Positions 37,521-47,088 of a stretch of DNA of 64,000 bases are shown here, piece by piece. The stretch is taken from sequence record PP793740.1. One strand, given 5' to 3'. A program made the position numbers and the translations under genes. The notes beneath the pieces were generated by a model that saw only the letters and a list, made by a program, of their open reading frames with translations, searched no databases and was not told where the DNA came from. Positions within the stretch are counted from its first letter, which is position 1; each line of letters opens with the position of its first letter.

Positions 37521-37540
37521 GGGAGTCCAAATGGACTCCC
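37521..37540 (-). terminator. terminator
   Basis: GGGAGTCC-AAAT-GGACTCCC. Confidence 0.75.
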
Positions 37541-37550
37541 GATATACTGT

Positions 37551-38063
37551 TTAACGACTCTGGTTTTCCGTAGTGGTGTGAACAATATAACCAGATCCCG
37601 TCTTGACAACAATGTCACCTGGATAAAGAGTAATATACTTTCCATCAGTATCTGGATCATTGATCTGGAATACAGCATAATCGTGCTCGCTGGTCAGATC
37701 AGAGATCTTGAAGCCCGCAGTTTGAATCAGATCACGAACAAAGACGATGTTGTCATCATGGTCACTCAGTACCCGAATAGGTTTACCGTCAAGTTCACCA
37801 TTACCACAACGTTCAGCGAAGTCAATCTTGAAACCGATCAGTTCTTTATGGTTGACAATGTGATCACCAACAACAGAACCCAATAGAGTCAACTCAATGC
37901 CGGAACCATCCGGGAAGTAATCAATCAGTCGAAGCTGTTCAAGATCGACGGCGCCAGCTTTAGATGGGATCTCACCTGGTTCACGGAAACCATGACGAAC
38001 TAGTTGATATAGCGTGTCCAGAGCACCGCCATTTAAATCCCAACCAAGAGTAGACATAGTCAT
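37551..38063 (-). CDS. hypothetical protein
   Basis: ORF track; GEIPSKAG motif; AGGA RBS. Confidence 0.75.
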   Translation of the reverse strand: MTMSTLGWDLNGGALDTLYQLVRHGFREPGEIPSKAGAVDLEQLRLIDYFPDGSGIELTLLGSVVGDHIVNHKELIGFKIDFAERCGNGELDGKPIRVLSDHDDNIVFVRDLIQTAGFKISDLTSEHDYAVFQINDPDTDGKYITLYPGDIVVKTGSGYIVHTTTENQSR

Positions 38064-38074
38064 TTCATTTTTCC

Positions 38075-38464
38075 TTATTTAAGTTTTTCTGTTTTACCAG
38101 CATCAAGCCACATGAATATCGGTGTCCTGAGAATATTGTAGACCAACCATCCTTCCGAGATCAGTTCTTCCTCGAATTCAAGAGAAGTAGGCATGTCGTA
38201 GATAGCTTTGTATGGGATGACAATAGGCTCTTTCTCGGGCTTATTGAGAATCAATGCATCGTCAGTGTGTTCAAGCAATTGCTTTCGGCTAACAATTCCA
38301 AGACTGATACTGAATTCCCTACCTGGATCTTTCCCATTGAAAATACTGCATCGAGTTGCAGTATCAACTCGATCACCAGCGATACCGATTTTAAGTGGAG
38401 CAGGGTCTATACCCATCAGTTCCTCGGCGAGTTAAAGTTGACGTTTAAGTTCGATAATGTTCAT
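38075..38464 (-). pseudogene. hypothetical gene with premature ochre at codon 11
   Basis: GGAGG RBS, ATG at 38464 in frame: MNIIELKRQL*LAEELMGIDP (TAA at 38432-38434). Confidence 0.6.
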
Positions 38465-38492
38465 AAGAAGTATACCTCCAAAGGAAAATAAA

Positions 38493-38510
38493 GCCTCCCC
38501 GAAGGGAGGC
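38493..38510 (-). terminator. terminator
   Basis: GCCTCCC-CGAA-GGGAGGC. Confidence 0.8.
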
Positions 38511-38518
38511 GTTTTATG

Positions 38519-39985
38519 TTAAACAGCAACTTTACCAGCAATGTGTGGATGATATTCATAGTTCTCGATAACAAAATCATCTACACCAATTTCCCGAATA
38601 TCTTTACCAATAGCTTCTTCTTTAAAACGGATGGTAGGTAGAACCTTCGGTTCACGAGTTAATTGAAGATCAGTTTGTTCTTGGTGGTTAGAGTAAATAT
38701 GTACATCACCACCAGTCCAGATAAACTCTTCAGCAATCATATTCATTTGGTTAGCTAACATATGGGTCAGCAGACTGTAGAACGTGATATTAAAGGGTTT
38801 TCCTAAGAAAGTATCACAAGATCTTTGATAGAGTTGGCAACTCAATGCACGTTTAGGAACACCATGTTGATCCAGCCATTCTACTACTGCTTCATCTGTA
38901 GCCTTTTCATAACCACGACAGACACGCAGAAGTGCTTTAACCTGCTCAGCACTATCGAATGGAGGTTGACCACGAGTAATCTCACCACTAATCTTATCAT
39001 GATAAGCATCAGCTTCGAACTGGGTTTGGTCTAGAGCTTGCACTCGTTCATCTACGGTCAGTTCACGGGTCCAGAACTGAATAAATGCGTGGCAAGGTGG
39101 GAGTGCCTGCTCATCAATAAGATGTGGCGCCCATGCACAAACAATGATCCGACGAGAATCCGGGTTGGTGCGAAGTTGATCGATGATGTCTTGGATTTGG
39201 TCGATACGTCGAGTAACCACGCATCGATCGGTTTCCATGGTTGTACCTGGGATATCCGCCACGAAGTCAAAACCACGCTTCTCATAATCAAACCACTCAT
39301 ATTTAGGGATTACACGAGTGTCTTCAAGATTACGCCATGTCTTACCGTAAACAGCACCTAGATCGCCGCCGACCAGACGCTCTGGTTCTTTATGCATCAA
39401 AGCACGATACAGTCGCTTGTTATATTCAGCACGAATACCTTCAGGATTTTTGGCTTCATCGAACCCTTCAGTAGCGAACCTATTCCACGACGTTACGCTA
39501 ACTCCAATGATGTATTGGATTTCCTCACGGTTAACTGGATATTCATCCCAGAAGGCCTGAATAGTCTCTGGAGTCATACCCGACTCGAATTCCGCTACAG
39601 TCTCAATGAATGGAGTAGAGTCATCGTTCATACAATGTAAGTACATTACGAATGGGGCACCAATGAGGGCAGTTACTGCTTTAAGAACGGCCTCATCGGT
39701 CATCGGCTCATATACTGCGGTTTCAGGTTTAACCCACTCGTTCCAGATGCGTACACCATTAGCGATCAGGTAATCCACCTTAGTATCACCTGACAGCATC
39801 CAGAACAATTCATGAATTACAGAAGCTAGATGAATCTTCTTGGTGGTTACAACTGGTAGCCGATTATTACGCAGACTATAACGTTCTTGTTGACCAAACA
39901 TGCTCTGAGTACCAGTACCAGTACGGTCACCTTTATGTACACCGTGTTCTTTAACTAAACGGATTGAATTAAGATATTGTTCCAT
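38519..39985 (-). CDS. thyA: thymidylate synthase with three insertions
   Basis: DRTGTGT; TTKK; RRIIVCAW; LPPCH; YQRSCD..LG.PFN; GDVHIYSNH. Confidence 0.95.
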   Translation of the reverse strand: MEQYLNSIRLVKEHGVHKGDRTGTGTQSMFGQQERYSLRNNRLPVVTTKKIHLASVIHELFWMLSGDTKVDYLIANGVRIWNEWVKPETAVYEPMTDEAVLKAVTALIGAPFVMYLHCMNDDSTPFIETVAEFESGMTPETIQAFWDEYPVNREEIQYIIGVSVTSWNRFATEGFDEAKNPEGIRAEYNKRLYRALMHKEPERLVGGDLGAVYGKTWRNLEDTRVIPKYEWFDYEKRGFDFVADIPGTTMETDRCVVTRRIDQIQDIIDQLRTNPDSRRIIVCAWAPHLIDEQALPPCHAFIQFWTRELTVDERVQALDQTQFEADAYHDKISGEITRGQPPFDSAEQVKALLRVCRGYEKATDEAVVEWLDQHGVPKRALSCQLYQRSCDTFLGKPFNITFYSLLTHMLANQMNMIAEEFIWTGGDVHIYSNHQEQTDLQLTREPKVLPTIRFKEEAIGKDIREIGVDDFVIENYEYHPHIAGKVAV

Positions 39986-40185
39986 TACTTGATCCTCGGA
40001 TTGTCTACTAGTCCACAGTTGAACCAGAGATGTTTATCATGGCGGCGATCATCACTAATAGATACGATCGTACCCTTACCATCTTTAAAGTTAATAATCA
40101 ATGCCCGAACTCGGCCATGGGAGAGAGCATTGAAAATTTTGTACGACTTTACACTGAATGCGATTCTTTCATCAAGACGATCCAT
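39985..40185 (-). CDS. hypothetical protein
   Basis: stop overlaps thyA start. Confidence 0.7.
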   Translation of the reverse strand: MDRLDERIAFSVKSYKIFNALSHGRVRALIINFKDGKGTIVSISDDRRHDKHLWFNCGLVDNPRIK

Positions 40186-40212
40186 ACTTCATTCCTCTAA
40201 CCTTACTGGTAA

Positions 40213-40506
40213 TCATAGATCAACCTCTATCCGTTTGTATTTGATATTAACTGGAATACCTAATTCATTTTTTACAAGATTAAATGAGTTTTTCGATGGA
40301 GTGTATGTAGCGACTATAACTGCTTGACTATCAGCTACAACTACATCTCGCCATTCCATGTGCATGTTATCGAAATCATCTTTACCCATAATCAAGTAAT
40401 AAGACGTATCATTATGCGTAATGGTATTTTCAAACGGTCTAATTACAAAAGCACTTAAACTAGACTGTATACGGTGTCCTACTTGTTCAAGTGTAACTGT
40501 ATACAT
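40213..40506 (-). CDS. hypothetical protein
   Basis: AGGAGG RBS. Confidence 0.75.
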   Translation of the reverse strand: MYTVTLEQVGHRIQSSLSAFVIRPFENTITHNDTSYYLIMGKDDFDNMHMEWRDVVVADSQAVIVATYTPSKNSFNLVKNELGIPVNIKYKRIEVDL

Positions 40507-40611
40507 AAAACCTCCTAGACGGCATACGGGAGTCCCGAAGGACCCCCTAAGCGCAACTAACCAATCGGCCAGTATTTTGCCTATAATATTAGTCTATTAA
40601 AAGTATTTTTA

Positions 40612-41319
40612 TTACAGACCAATACGAGTCAAAATTTCAGCCCAACCTTTCTCTTTAGCATATCGCAATAGGCTATTTTCAATATGGGTTTCACTATAGA
40701 CAATAGGCTCATGACCACCTTGTACATGATACATTGTTAATGGTTCCACCACATGTTGACTAGACCAAGCATCGTATAAACGATCATTGATTTTAATCAC
40801 CACATATACCATCAATTTATCGTCGATGTCAAGATCAATACCTGCTACAAATGCATTAACATTGGAACGCACTTGGTCAGCAGTTAGTTGCACTTGCAGC
40901 CCGCCATGTACTTCAAATTCGATATCACAGATATTCTTATTTAACCAAGTATACACTGCCTGATTAGCATATGTCTCAATTGGATCACTACTACGTAAAT
41001 CTATTAATGGACCATATGTTTCTAATGATGAGACACTGGTATCAACTAAGTCATTCAATGAGTATTCGGTACTAGAACAACTATCTAAAACACAGATAGT
41101 GTTATCCTCGATATGGATAGGTAATACCTTGAATACCACATTAGCAACATTAGGTAATGACGTATCTGGTTCAGAACTATTGAATGGAGTATAAAATAAT
41201 CGATCAGCCACTTCAGTATCAATAGTTGATACATCCATTGGAATGAATCCATTAAGATCTTGTTTGATTACGTCATTGTGTCCAATTCCAGAAAAAGATA
41301 AATACATTTTCTCAGACAT
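40612..41319 (-). CDS. hypothetical protein
   Basis: ORF track. Confidence 0.8.
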   Translation of the reverse strand: MSEKMYLSFSGIGHNDVIKQDLNGFIPMDVSTIDTEVADRLFYTPFNSSEPDTSLPNVANVVFKVLPIHIEDNTICVLDSCSSTEYSLNDLVDTSVSSLETYGPLIDLRSSDPIETYANQAVYTWLNKNICDIEFEVHGGLQVQLTADQVRSNVNAFVAGIDLDIDDKLMVYVVIKINDRLYDAWSSQHVVEPLTMYHVQGGHEPIVYSETHIENSLLRYAKEKGWAEILTRIGL

Positions 41320-41327
41320 ATCCGTAC

Positions 41328-41585
41328 CTATTTATTTACACAGATTAGAGTATGTTCTACTTTACTGGTACTAGAAGAAAAATAACGTAATAGAACACCA
41401 TCGCTGATTTTTACAGTCTCTACATTATTACGAATAGCACTTGCTTTAGCTAGTTTTTGAATACGCTCAATCGCGCTAAAACAAGTAGTCATGTCAGAGA
41501 ACTCAGTGGTTGACTGCGATGCACCATTGGCTTGATAACCAGCGATACTGATACTACTAAAAAGAATTGCTAAAGTTGCATTCAT
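41328..41585 (-). CDS. small secreted or membrane protein with two Cys
   Basis: hydrophobic N-terminus; EFSDMTTC ... LICV. Confidence 0.7.
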   Translation of the reverse strand: MNATLAILFSSISIAGYQANGASQSTTEFSDMTTCFSAIERIQKLAKASAIRNNVETVKISDGVLLRYFSSSTSKVEHTLICVNK

Positions 41586-42490
41586 TTCTTACCACCTTTA
41601 ATAACAGTGAGTTTTGGTGGACCAGTAGGACGAGAAGGTTTATTAATAATAATCTGCGAATTGGAAGAATTATTGAAATCCTCAACCATCTTATTTACAT
41701 CATTGTCAAATGAATTAGATGTATTATCACCCGAGTCCACAGTTGATTCACTAACCACATTTGAAATAGGGTAACTGAGGAGTTCCATCATAAGTACATT
41801 GATGTTATCCTGATAGTTTTCATTACGTGTACAATTAATAACCCGCTCACACCAATCCATAATTAATTCTGGTGCATTCTGTTTAATTGCAGTTACCGCT
41901 ACTCTAATATGTGCATCTAATTCTGGATTACTAAATTCAGTTACTCTGTTAATGGCGCTTTCAATCATCTGATCATGCTCATTCTCAGATGTATTCCTTA
42001 CAACTAACTTACCATTAGTGGTATCGGCTTTATTTTTAAAATTAACCTCAGTGACATTACCTACGGTAGTTAATACTGGGTTTTTGTCAACTACATTATT
42101 AACAGTTCCTTCTAATGTTGCACGAATAGTATCTGCATTGAGATATCTATCCACTAGCGGCATTTCAAAGAATGCGTTAGAATTATCATCAATAGGTGTA
42201 ACTACACCCAATACTGCATAAAGAGGAAGTTTAATACTGACCCCAACTCCATTTACTGTTACATTGAAAGAGATATATTCGTCACTGATATAAAAATTCT
42301 TTGCACAGCGTGGATGGATATTGAAAGTGATAGTGTGATCTTCTTTCGCATGCTTTAGAGCTACCTCAGATAAATCAGGTACTAATTGAGTATGTGCTAC
42401 AATTAGAATATCTCTGAAGTTATTCTCAAGAAACCAATCATAGGTAGCTCGAAGAATATGGCCAGTAAGTAATGATTTTACCTTTAGCAT
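41582..42490 (-). CDS. sspB: SspB-like ClpXP adaptor
   Basis: ILRATYDWFLEN; ITFNIHPR; ISFNVTVNGV...LPLYAVLGV; tail RPTGPPKLTVIKGGKK resembling the ClpX-binding motif. Confidence 0.8.
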   Translation of the reverse strand: MLKVKSLLTGHILRATYDWFLENNFRDILIVAHTQLVPDLSEVALKHAKEDHTITFNIHPRCAKNFYISDEYISFNVTVNGVGVSIKLPLYAVLGVVTPIDDNSNAFFEMPLVDRYLNADTIRATLEGTVNNVVDKNPVLTTVGNVTEVNFKNKADTTNGKLVVRNTSENEHDQMIESAINRVTEFSNPELDAHIRVAVTAIKQNAPELIMDWCERVINCTRNENYQDNINVLMMELLSYPISNVVSESTVDSGDNTSNSFDNDVNKMVEDFNNSSNSQIIINKPSRPTGPPKLTVIKGGKK

Positions 42491-42512
42491 ATTTGTATTA
42501 CCTTTAAATAAA

Positions 42513-42980
42513 TTATAGGAAGATATCTTCTACTGAGGGCACTATATTCTTTTCTTTTACAAGTTCAGTAGATTTGGTATAATGTGCATTAAATAGTTTC
42601 TTTAAATCTGCTTTTTCATATTTTACAGTATCTGCTAATTTCCAAATAGTAAGACCTAGATGAATACTAACTGAATTAACATGTTTTACGCATAGATCAA
42701 TTAATTTGTTAAACTCTTCTAATTCATTTTTAATCAACGTTGCATCTAAAGCTTGGTGCAAACGATTAGATAATTTAACTTTATCTTTGTCAATTGTAAA
42801 GTTATTTTCAATATCCTTAGCACTCATCGGTGGTTCAACTTTATACCACACATTGGTTAGTTTACCGTCCACACGCGTCGTGATGGGATGTTTATAATCA
42901 GTCCAACTTCTATGTAGATTATGTTTATCATCAAGAACATCTACAGTAACTTTCTCATTACCTGTAAAGAATGGATACAT
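42513..42980 (-). CDS. hypothetical protein
   Basis: ORF track. Confidence 0.75.
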   Translation of the reverse strand: MYPFFTGNEKVTVDVLDDKHNLHRSWTDYKHPITTRVDGKLTNVWYKVEPPMSAKDIENNFTIDKDKVKLSNRLHQALDATLIKNELEEFNKLIDLCVKHVNSVSIHLGLTIWKLADTVKYEKADLKKLFNAHYTKSTELVKEKNIVPSVEDIFL

Positions 42981-43153
42981 TAGGTTGCCTTTATTTTATC
43001 AATGAGTAATTTTAATAGTTCATCATTAGTTAAATTGTCTTTATTTTTAATAATGTCTTTTAGTTTAAACATATTGAAAGTATACCACAACCACTTATGA
43101 ATTATATAACAAATCACTATAACTAATAATAGTAGTGAATGTAATGCTAGCAT
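42980..43153 (-). CDS. 57-aa membrane peptide (not in ORF track)
   Basis: hand translation MLALHSLLLLVIVICYIIHKWLW...KIKAT; TAATG coupling to next gene. Confidence 0.65.
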   Translation of the reverse strand: MLALHSLLLLVIVICYIIHKWLWYTFNMFKLKDIIKNKDNLTNDELLKLLIDKIKAT

Positions 43154-43188
43154 TATAACTACCTATTTTGATATGACTTGACCAAATA

Positions 43189-43221
43189 TGTAATATAGAT
43201 TTCAAAAAAAATTTAATGTAA
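43189..43221 (-). promoter_or_regulatory. phiKZ-type early promoter cassette
   Basis: 33 bp identical to 27723-27755. Confidence 0.8.
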
Positions 43222-43224
43222 TAA

Positions 43225-43246
43225 AGGAGAGCTAAATAGCTCTCCT
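43225..43246 (-). terminator. terminator
   Basis: AGGAGAGCTA-AA-TAGCTCTCCT. Confidence 0.7.
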
Positions 43247-43254
43247 ATTTATGC

Positions 43255-43545
43255 TTATTTATTTTTCTTTCTTGACTTATCTTTAATAACTAAGTCTAAT
43301 GCTTCAAACATTTTAACAGCAGTTAAATGGTCGATAGAGTATGCCTTTTTACGTAAACGTCCAATAGCTACTGTATACTGGTATTCAGATAAACCATCAC
43401 TCATATTGTCAATAATTGATAGTGCTTCTTTATAAAGCCTGTTACACTTTATCGTGTGTTTGATGGCATAATAACCCCAGTTAATTAAAGCCATCATTAT
43501 AATCAGAAACAAAATACCTATAATTACTGTCATGATATCATTCAT
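43255..43545 (-). CDS. small membrane-anchored protein
   Basis: N-terminal TM; IIDNMSDGLSEYQY. Confidence 0.7.
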   Translation of the reverse strand: MNDIMTVIIGILFLIIMMALINWGYYAIKHTIKCNRLYKEALSIIDNMSDGLSEYQYTVAIGRLRKKAYSIDHLTAVKMFEALDLVIKDKSRKKNK

Positions 43546-43855
43546 TTGCTGTTTCCCTATTATTACATTTTAATATAATCAATGAGTTGATATCGTAAAT
43601 AAAAGATGTAAAAATATGTTGATTTGTTATTTTAGATGATTCTTTATCTATAATGTCTTGGACAGCATTTTGATAGAAAAAATAACTTATGCCATTGGGC
43701 ATTTTATCTAATACATATCTAACCTTATAAACACCCATCCAGTGAATATAATGATTTTTTATATTAATAATGAAAGTTACACATGTTGATATAGCCGTTA
43801 GTGTTATCATTGATATAACAAATACTTTATACATTTGCAACCCACAGATTCTCAT
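43538..43855 (-). CDS. small membrane-anchored protein, paralogue of 43255
   Basis: N-terminal TM; VLDKMPNGISYFFY. Confidence 0.7.
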   Translation of the reverse strand: MRICGLQMYKVFVISMITLTAISTCVTFIINIKNHYIHWMGVYKVRYVLDKMPNGISYFFYQNAVQDIIDKESSKITNQHIFTSFIYDINSLIILKCNNRETANE

Positions 43856-43868
43856 CTAGATGAAATAA

Positions 43869-43888
43869 ACCAGCCCCGAAGGGCTGGT
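43869..43888 (-). terminator. terminator
   Basis: ACCAGCCC-CGAA-GGGCTGGT. Confidence 0.8.
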
Positions 43889-43890
43889 AT

Positions 43891-44259
43891 TTATTTTACA
43901 ACCACAGCTTTACCGTAGTTGTTATCCATACAGGTTTTAAATGATGTAACGTATGCATCACGTGGGCTTTGTCTACGTGAATACACAACGTGCACCTCTT
44001 TAATTGCTGCTGGGAGAACATTGTAAAGAACGTTATCTTTGTTCTTCACGCCGTACCCTTTTAGGGATCGTAGGTTTTCTTCCCATTGTAAAATGGGTGT
44101 TTTACGCTGACGTGCTTCTGCTGTGGCATGTGCTATAAGTGCAACACCATTACAGTAATTCTCGTCAACTACCAACGATGCAGCTAGTGGGTTTGATACG
44201 TATAACAACGTACTTAATACGGCCACTAACTTCATTACGTGTGTTAAACATTGCATCAC
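43891..44259 (-). CDS. secreted two-Cys protein, outlying paralogue
   Basis: signal MKLVAVLSTLLYVSNPLAA; DENYC ... TCMDNNYG. Confidence 0.7.
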   Translation of the reverse strand: MMQCLTHVMKLVAVLSTLLYVSNPLAASLVVDENYCNGVALIAHATAEARQRKTPILQWEENLRSLKGYGVKNKDNVLYNVLPAAIKEVHVVYSRRQSPRDAYVTSFKTCMDNNYGKAVVVK

Positions 44260-44312
44260 GTTGTACCTAGGTTGCTAAGATCAGAATATAAAGCTACTAA
44301 AATAGCCTTAAA

Positions 44313-44912
44313 TCATTCTACAACCTTAACGTTACCATCTTCAATAACTAGATCTTTACCTACAACATCGGCAAGATCTAACTTATCCTTTACTTCCAGT
44401 TTCTTGATACTGTGTACAAAACGGAATACAGATAGACGAAGAATTAGTTCTTCTGGTACATCAACAACATCAATAAAGTATTCTGATGGGTTGATATCAC
44501 AATTGACATATTCCCAACTTTGTCTTAGTTCAGTTTCATTCTCAGTTACTTGTGCATCAAGAACTTCTTCAAAGTTAATATTGGCAATATTAGTATCATT
44601 ATCATTCAGATAAGTAAATTGAAGACTAGCATTATTAATGAATTCTTCTTCAACTACAGTTAGTGCACGTTGAGCGTGAATGGGTAGATGATATCGAATA
44701 CACCCATTAATAATAACCTCATTTGCCTTTTCAATATAACGTTCTTCTTTGAATTTTACATTAGATACGACGTAATCTAGGATTGCCTTGTAATATTCTT
44801 TATGATCTGGGTGGCTCTTTTCAATCCACTGTCGGCTACTTACGCTAATTTTTTTCTCGGCTAGAAAATCTCGGAATTTAGCACGATCGATATAAGCGGT
44901 ACGTTTTTTCAT
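44313..44912 (-). CDS. hypothetical protein
   Basis: ORF track. Confidence 0.8.
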   Translation of the reverse strand: MKKRTAYIDRAKFRDFLAEKKISVSSRQWIEKSHPDHKEYYKAILDYVVSNVKFKEERYIEKANEVIINGCIRYHLPIHAQRALTVVEEEFINNASLQFTYLNDNDTNIANINFEEVLDAQVTENETELRQSWEYVNCDINPSEYFIDVVDVPEELILRLSVFRFVHSIKKLEVKDKLDLADVVGKDLVIEDGNVKVVE

Positions 44913-44924
44913 CAGTAGTTCCTA

Positions 44925-45440
44925 TTATTTAACATTTCTAGGTGTTAGTTCGATATGTGAACAGATCACATAAGATGCACATGCCAGTACATCTAAACCA
45001 TAATACTCATCATAATGGAAATATCCTCTGAGATTACCTTGTTTAGTAAAGGTGTATTCATCAGCTAAATCTAACTCGTTACTTGTCTCTAGCACATTGA
45101 TTAATTTATCATATTCAACTTTTAGTGCTATATCAGTACAGATTATTTGCTTGATATATTTATCAGAGTTTGGATCATTTTTATAATCTAAAGTATCAGT
45201 TAATACAGTGGTTAATGCTAGAATAACATAGTCATGGTAACTTTCCGGTTGTTTAATCTCACCTTCAGGTATTTCAATCCATTCCCAACCATGTCGTAAT
45301 ATATTTAGCATTACATGCCACTTACTGGTTTCATTACTAACCACAGCTATTGGTGAATCATTATAAGGTTTATACAAACCTGTTGTTTTTAAAAGATCTT
45401 TTTTAATAGCAGCTATATATAACGGGCGGTTTTCTGACAT
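44925..45440 (-). CDS. hypothetical protein
   Basis: ORF track. Confidence 0.75.
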   Translation of the reverse strand: MSENRPLYIAAIKKDLLKTTGLYKPYNDSPIAVVSNETSKWHVMLNILRHGWEWIEIPEGEIKQPESYHDYVILALTTVLTDTLDYKNDPNSDKYIKQIICTDIALKVEYDKLINVLETSNELDLADEYTFTKQGNLRGYFHYDEYYGLDVLACASYVICSHIELTPRNVK

Positions 45441-45449
45441 TTTTATAAC

Positions 45450-45779
45450 TCACATATATTTCAAATGTTTGCCAATTGGTCTGTTAGGGTTATACATATA
45501 ACCACGACCTGCTGCTGCCCTAATTACTAATTTCTGCATATCTGTTAATTTTCTATAATTATCACCAATTAATTTAAGTATAATACTTTCTATAGAATCA
45601 TTAGTTAATTCAGAAGGATCTGTTACTTTGAAATAATTATATACTAATTCTCTTTTAACTAGAAAATCAACTCTTCGTTTTTCTTTAATTCGTTTATAAC
45701 GTTGCGATACATGGATAAATGAAAATAAAACAACTATCCAGAATAAGGTCAAAAGTAGGTACTCATCAACTACATTCAT
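45450..45779 (-). CDS. small membrane-anchored protein
   Basis: LLLTLFWIVVLFSFI. Confidence 0.7.
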   Translation of the reverse strand: MNVVDEYLLLTLFWIVVLFSFIHVSQRYKRIKEKRRVDFLVKRELVYNYFKVTDPSELTNDSIESIILKLIGDNYRKLTDMQKLVIRAAAGRGYMYNPNRPIGKHLKYM

Positions 45780-45781
45780 TT

Positions 45782-46105
45782 TTAATCCCTATCTTTTTTT
45801 TTCAAATTATCTTGTAACTCAACTAGTGTTCTGTTTAATAAACTAATTTGTTTCTGTTGTTCACATACAAGTTCACTTAACGTATTAATCTGTGCCTGTA
45901 GTTCTTTAGTATTAGTATCAATAACATCAAGAATATATTCTTTATTTTTCTTAGGCATTCTTTGCTTCCTCAACGTTAATTCACCAAACGGCAGAAAAGA
46001 TGACTGGGCAGCCAACACTCTTTTAGAATGTCTTTTGCCCAGTCTTTTAAATGTCTTACGAAGTTTAATTGGTATAAGCATTAAATAATATCTCTTGATG
46101 CCCAT
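45782..46105 (-). CDS. hypothetical protein, C-terminal coiled coil
   Basis: ORF track; heptad-like LQAQINTLSELVCEQQKQISLL. Confidence 0.7.
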   Translation of the reverse strand: MGIKRYYLMLIPIKLRKTFKRLGKRHSKRVLAAQSSFLPFGELTLRKQRMPKKNKEYILDVIDTNTKELQAQINTLSELVCEQQKQISLLNRTLVELQDNLKKKDRD

Positions 46106-46515
46106 GTACCATCTACAGAGTCATTTACAAATGGTGCACGGTCACCAGGTATTACTTGAGCCCATAAATCCACTTCAAGTAATATCCGACGACATGCATA
46201 AAAAGGCTCTACTTCTACCCTGTATGAATTATCTTTAGGATCAATATACACAGTAGCAACTAGCTTAGGCTGGGCTCTTCGCCATTTATCCCATACTTTA
46301 AGAATTACTTCGCCTTCCATTCTGGCTATACGTGGAGTTATCTTTACCTCACTAATGATTAGCCCATCTGGACCTACCACTCGTTTAGGGGATAGCCATT
46401 TATGATAACCAATATCATTAATCCCATTCTTTGAAAATACCGAGTCTTCAAGATATCCTCTCACACCAGGGTATAACGGAACCATTGTAAGCATATGACA
46501 CCTATAGTGATCCAT
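46081..46515 (-). CDS. hypothetical protein
   Basis: ORF track. Confidence 0.75.
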   Translation of the reverse strand: MDHYRCHMLTMVPLYPGVRGYLEDSVFSKNGINDIGYHKWLSPKRVVGPDGLIISEVKITPRIARMEGEVILKVWDKWRRAQPKLVATVYIDPKDNSYRVEVEPFYACRRILLEVDLWAQVIPGDRAPFVNDSVDGTWASRDII

Positions 46516-46900
46516 TGGATGCCCATAAAACTGAATAAGGATTTTGAGTTAATTGGAATCTAATTGCAAAGTTTTCGATTTCCCAAAAACGATCAGTCTT
46601 ATTCCACTCTAATTCCTTTTTCGCCAGATCAACATTAATTGTTGATATAATACGATTACGCTCTTCTTCAAATACAGTAAACCTGACGATTGCTGGAAAT
46701 AAGCAATCTCTTTCTTTATAAAAGTTTAGAGTATTCTTATCGATATAACCTGGTCCTGGAATAATTTCAAGGATATTAAAATCAGTCCATCCTAAGTCTG
46801 GTGTACCTAGATCAGGTAAATGTTTTAAAACCCCATTGCGTATAAAGGGTTTTCCATATTCTAGTGTGACCTCATGAAAAGAAGAACCATAGATTTTCAT
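46502..46900 (-). CDS. hypothetical protein
   Basis: ORF track. Confidence 0.75.
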   Translation of the reverse strand: MKIYGSSFHEVTLEYGKPFIRNGVLKHLPDLGTPDLGWTDFNILEIIPGPGYIDKNTLNFYKERDCLFPAIVRFTVFEEERNRIISTINVDLAKKELEWNKTDRFWEIENFAIRFQLTQNPYSVLWASNGSL

Positions 46901-47060
46901 ACAACCACCGTGCGTTTTAATTCATAGGGTTAGTATGTTTAGTACCGTTTGAATTTTATTTCATTACAGATGATCGCTTTGTTATATTTGGTGTTTGAAT
47001 ATTTTAGACTAGTTTCAATAAATGCTTTCTTTTTCATATATACACTTACGCAAAATAAAT

Positions 47061-47083
47061 AGGGACTCTCATTAAGAGTCCCT
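47061..47083 (-). terminator. terminator
   Basis: AGGGACTCT-CATTA-AGAGTCCCT. Confidence 0.75.
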
Positions 47084-47088
47084 TAATA

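Noticed and set aside
39371-39727. Intein or intron in thyA
   Set aside because: Frame is continuous; no N-terminal Cys/Ser block, C-terminal His-Asn or endonuclease motif
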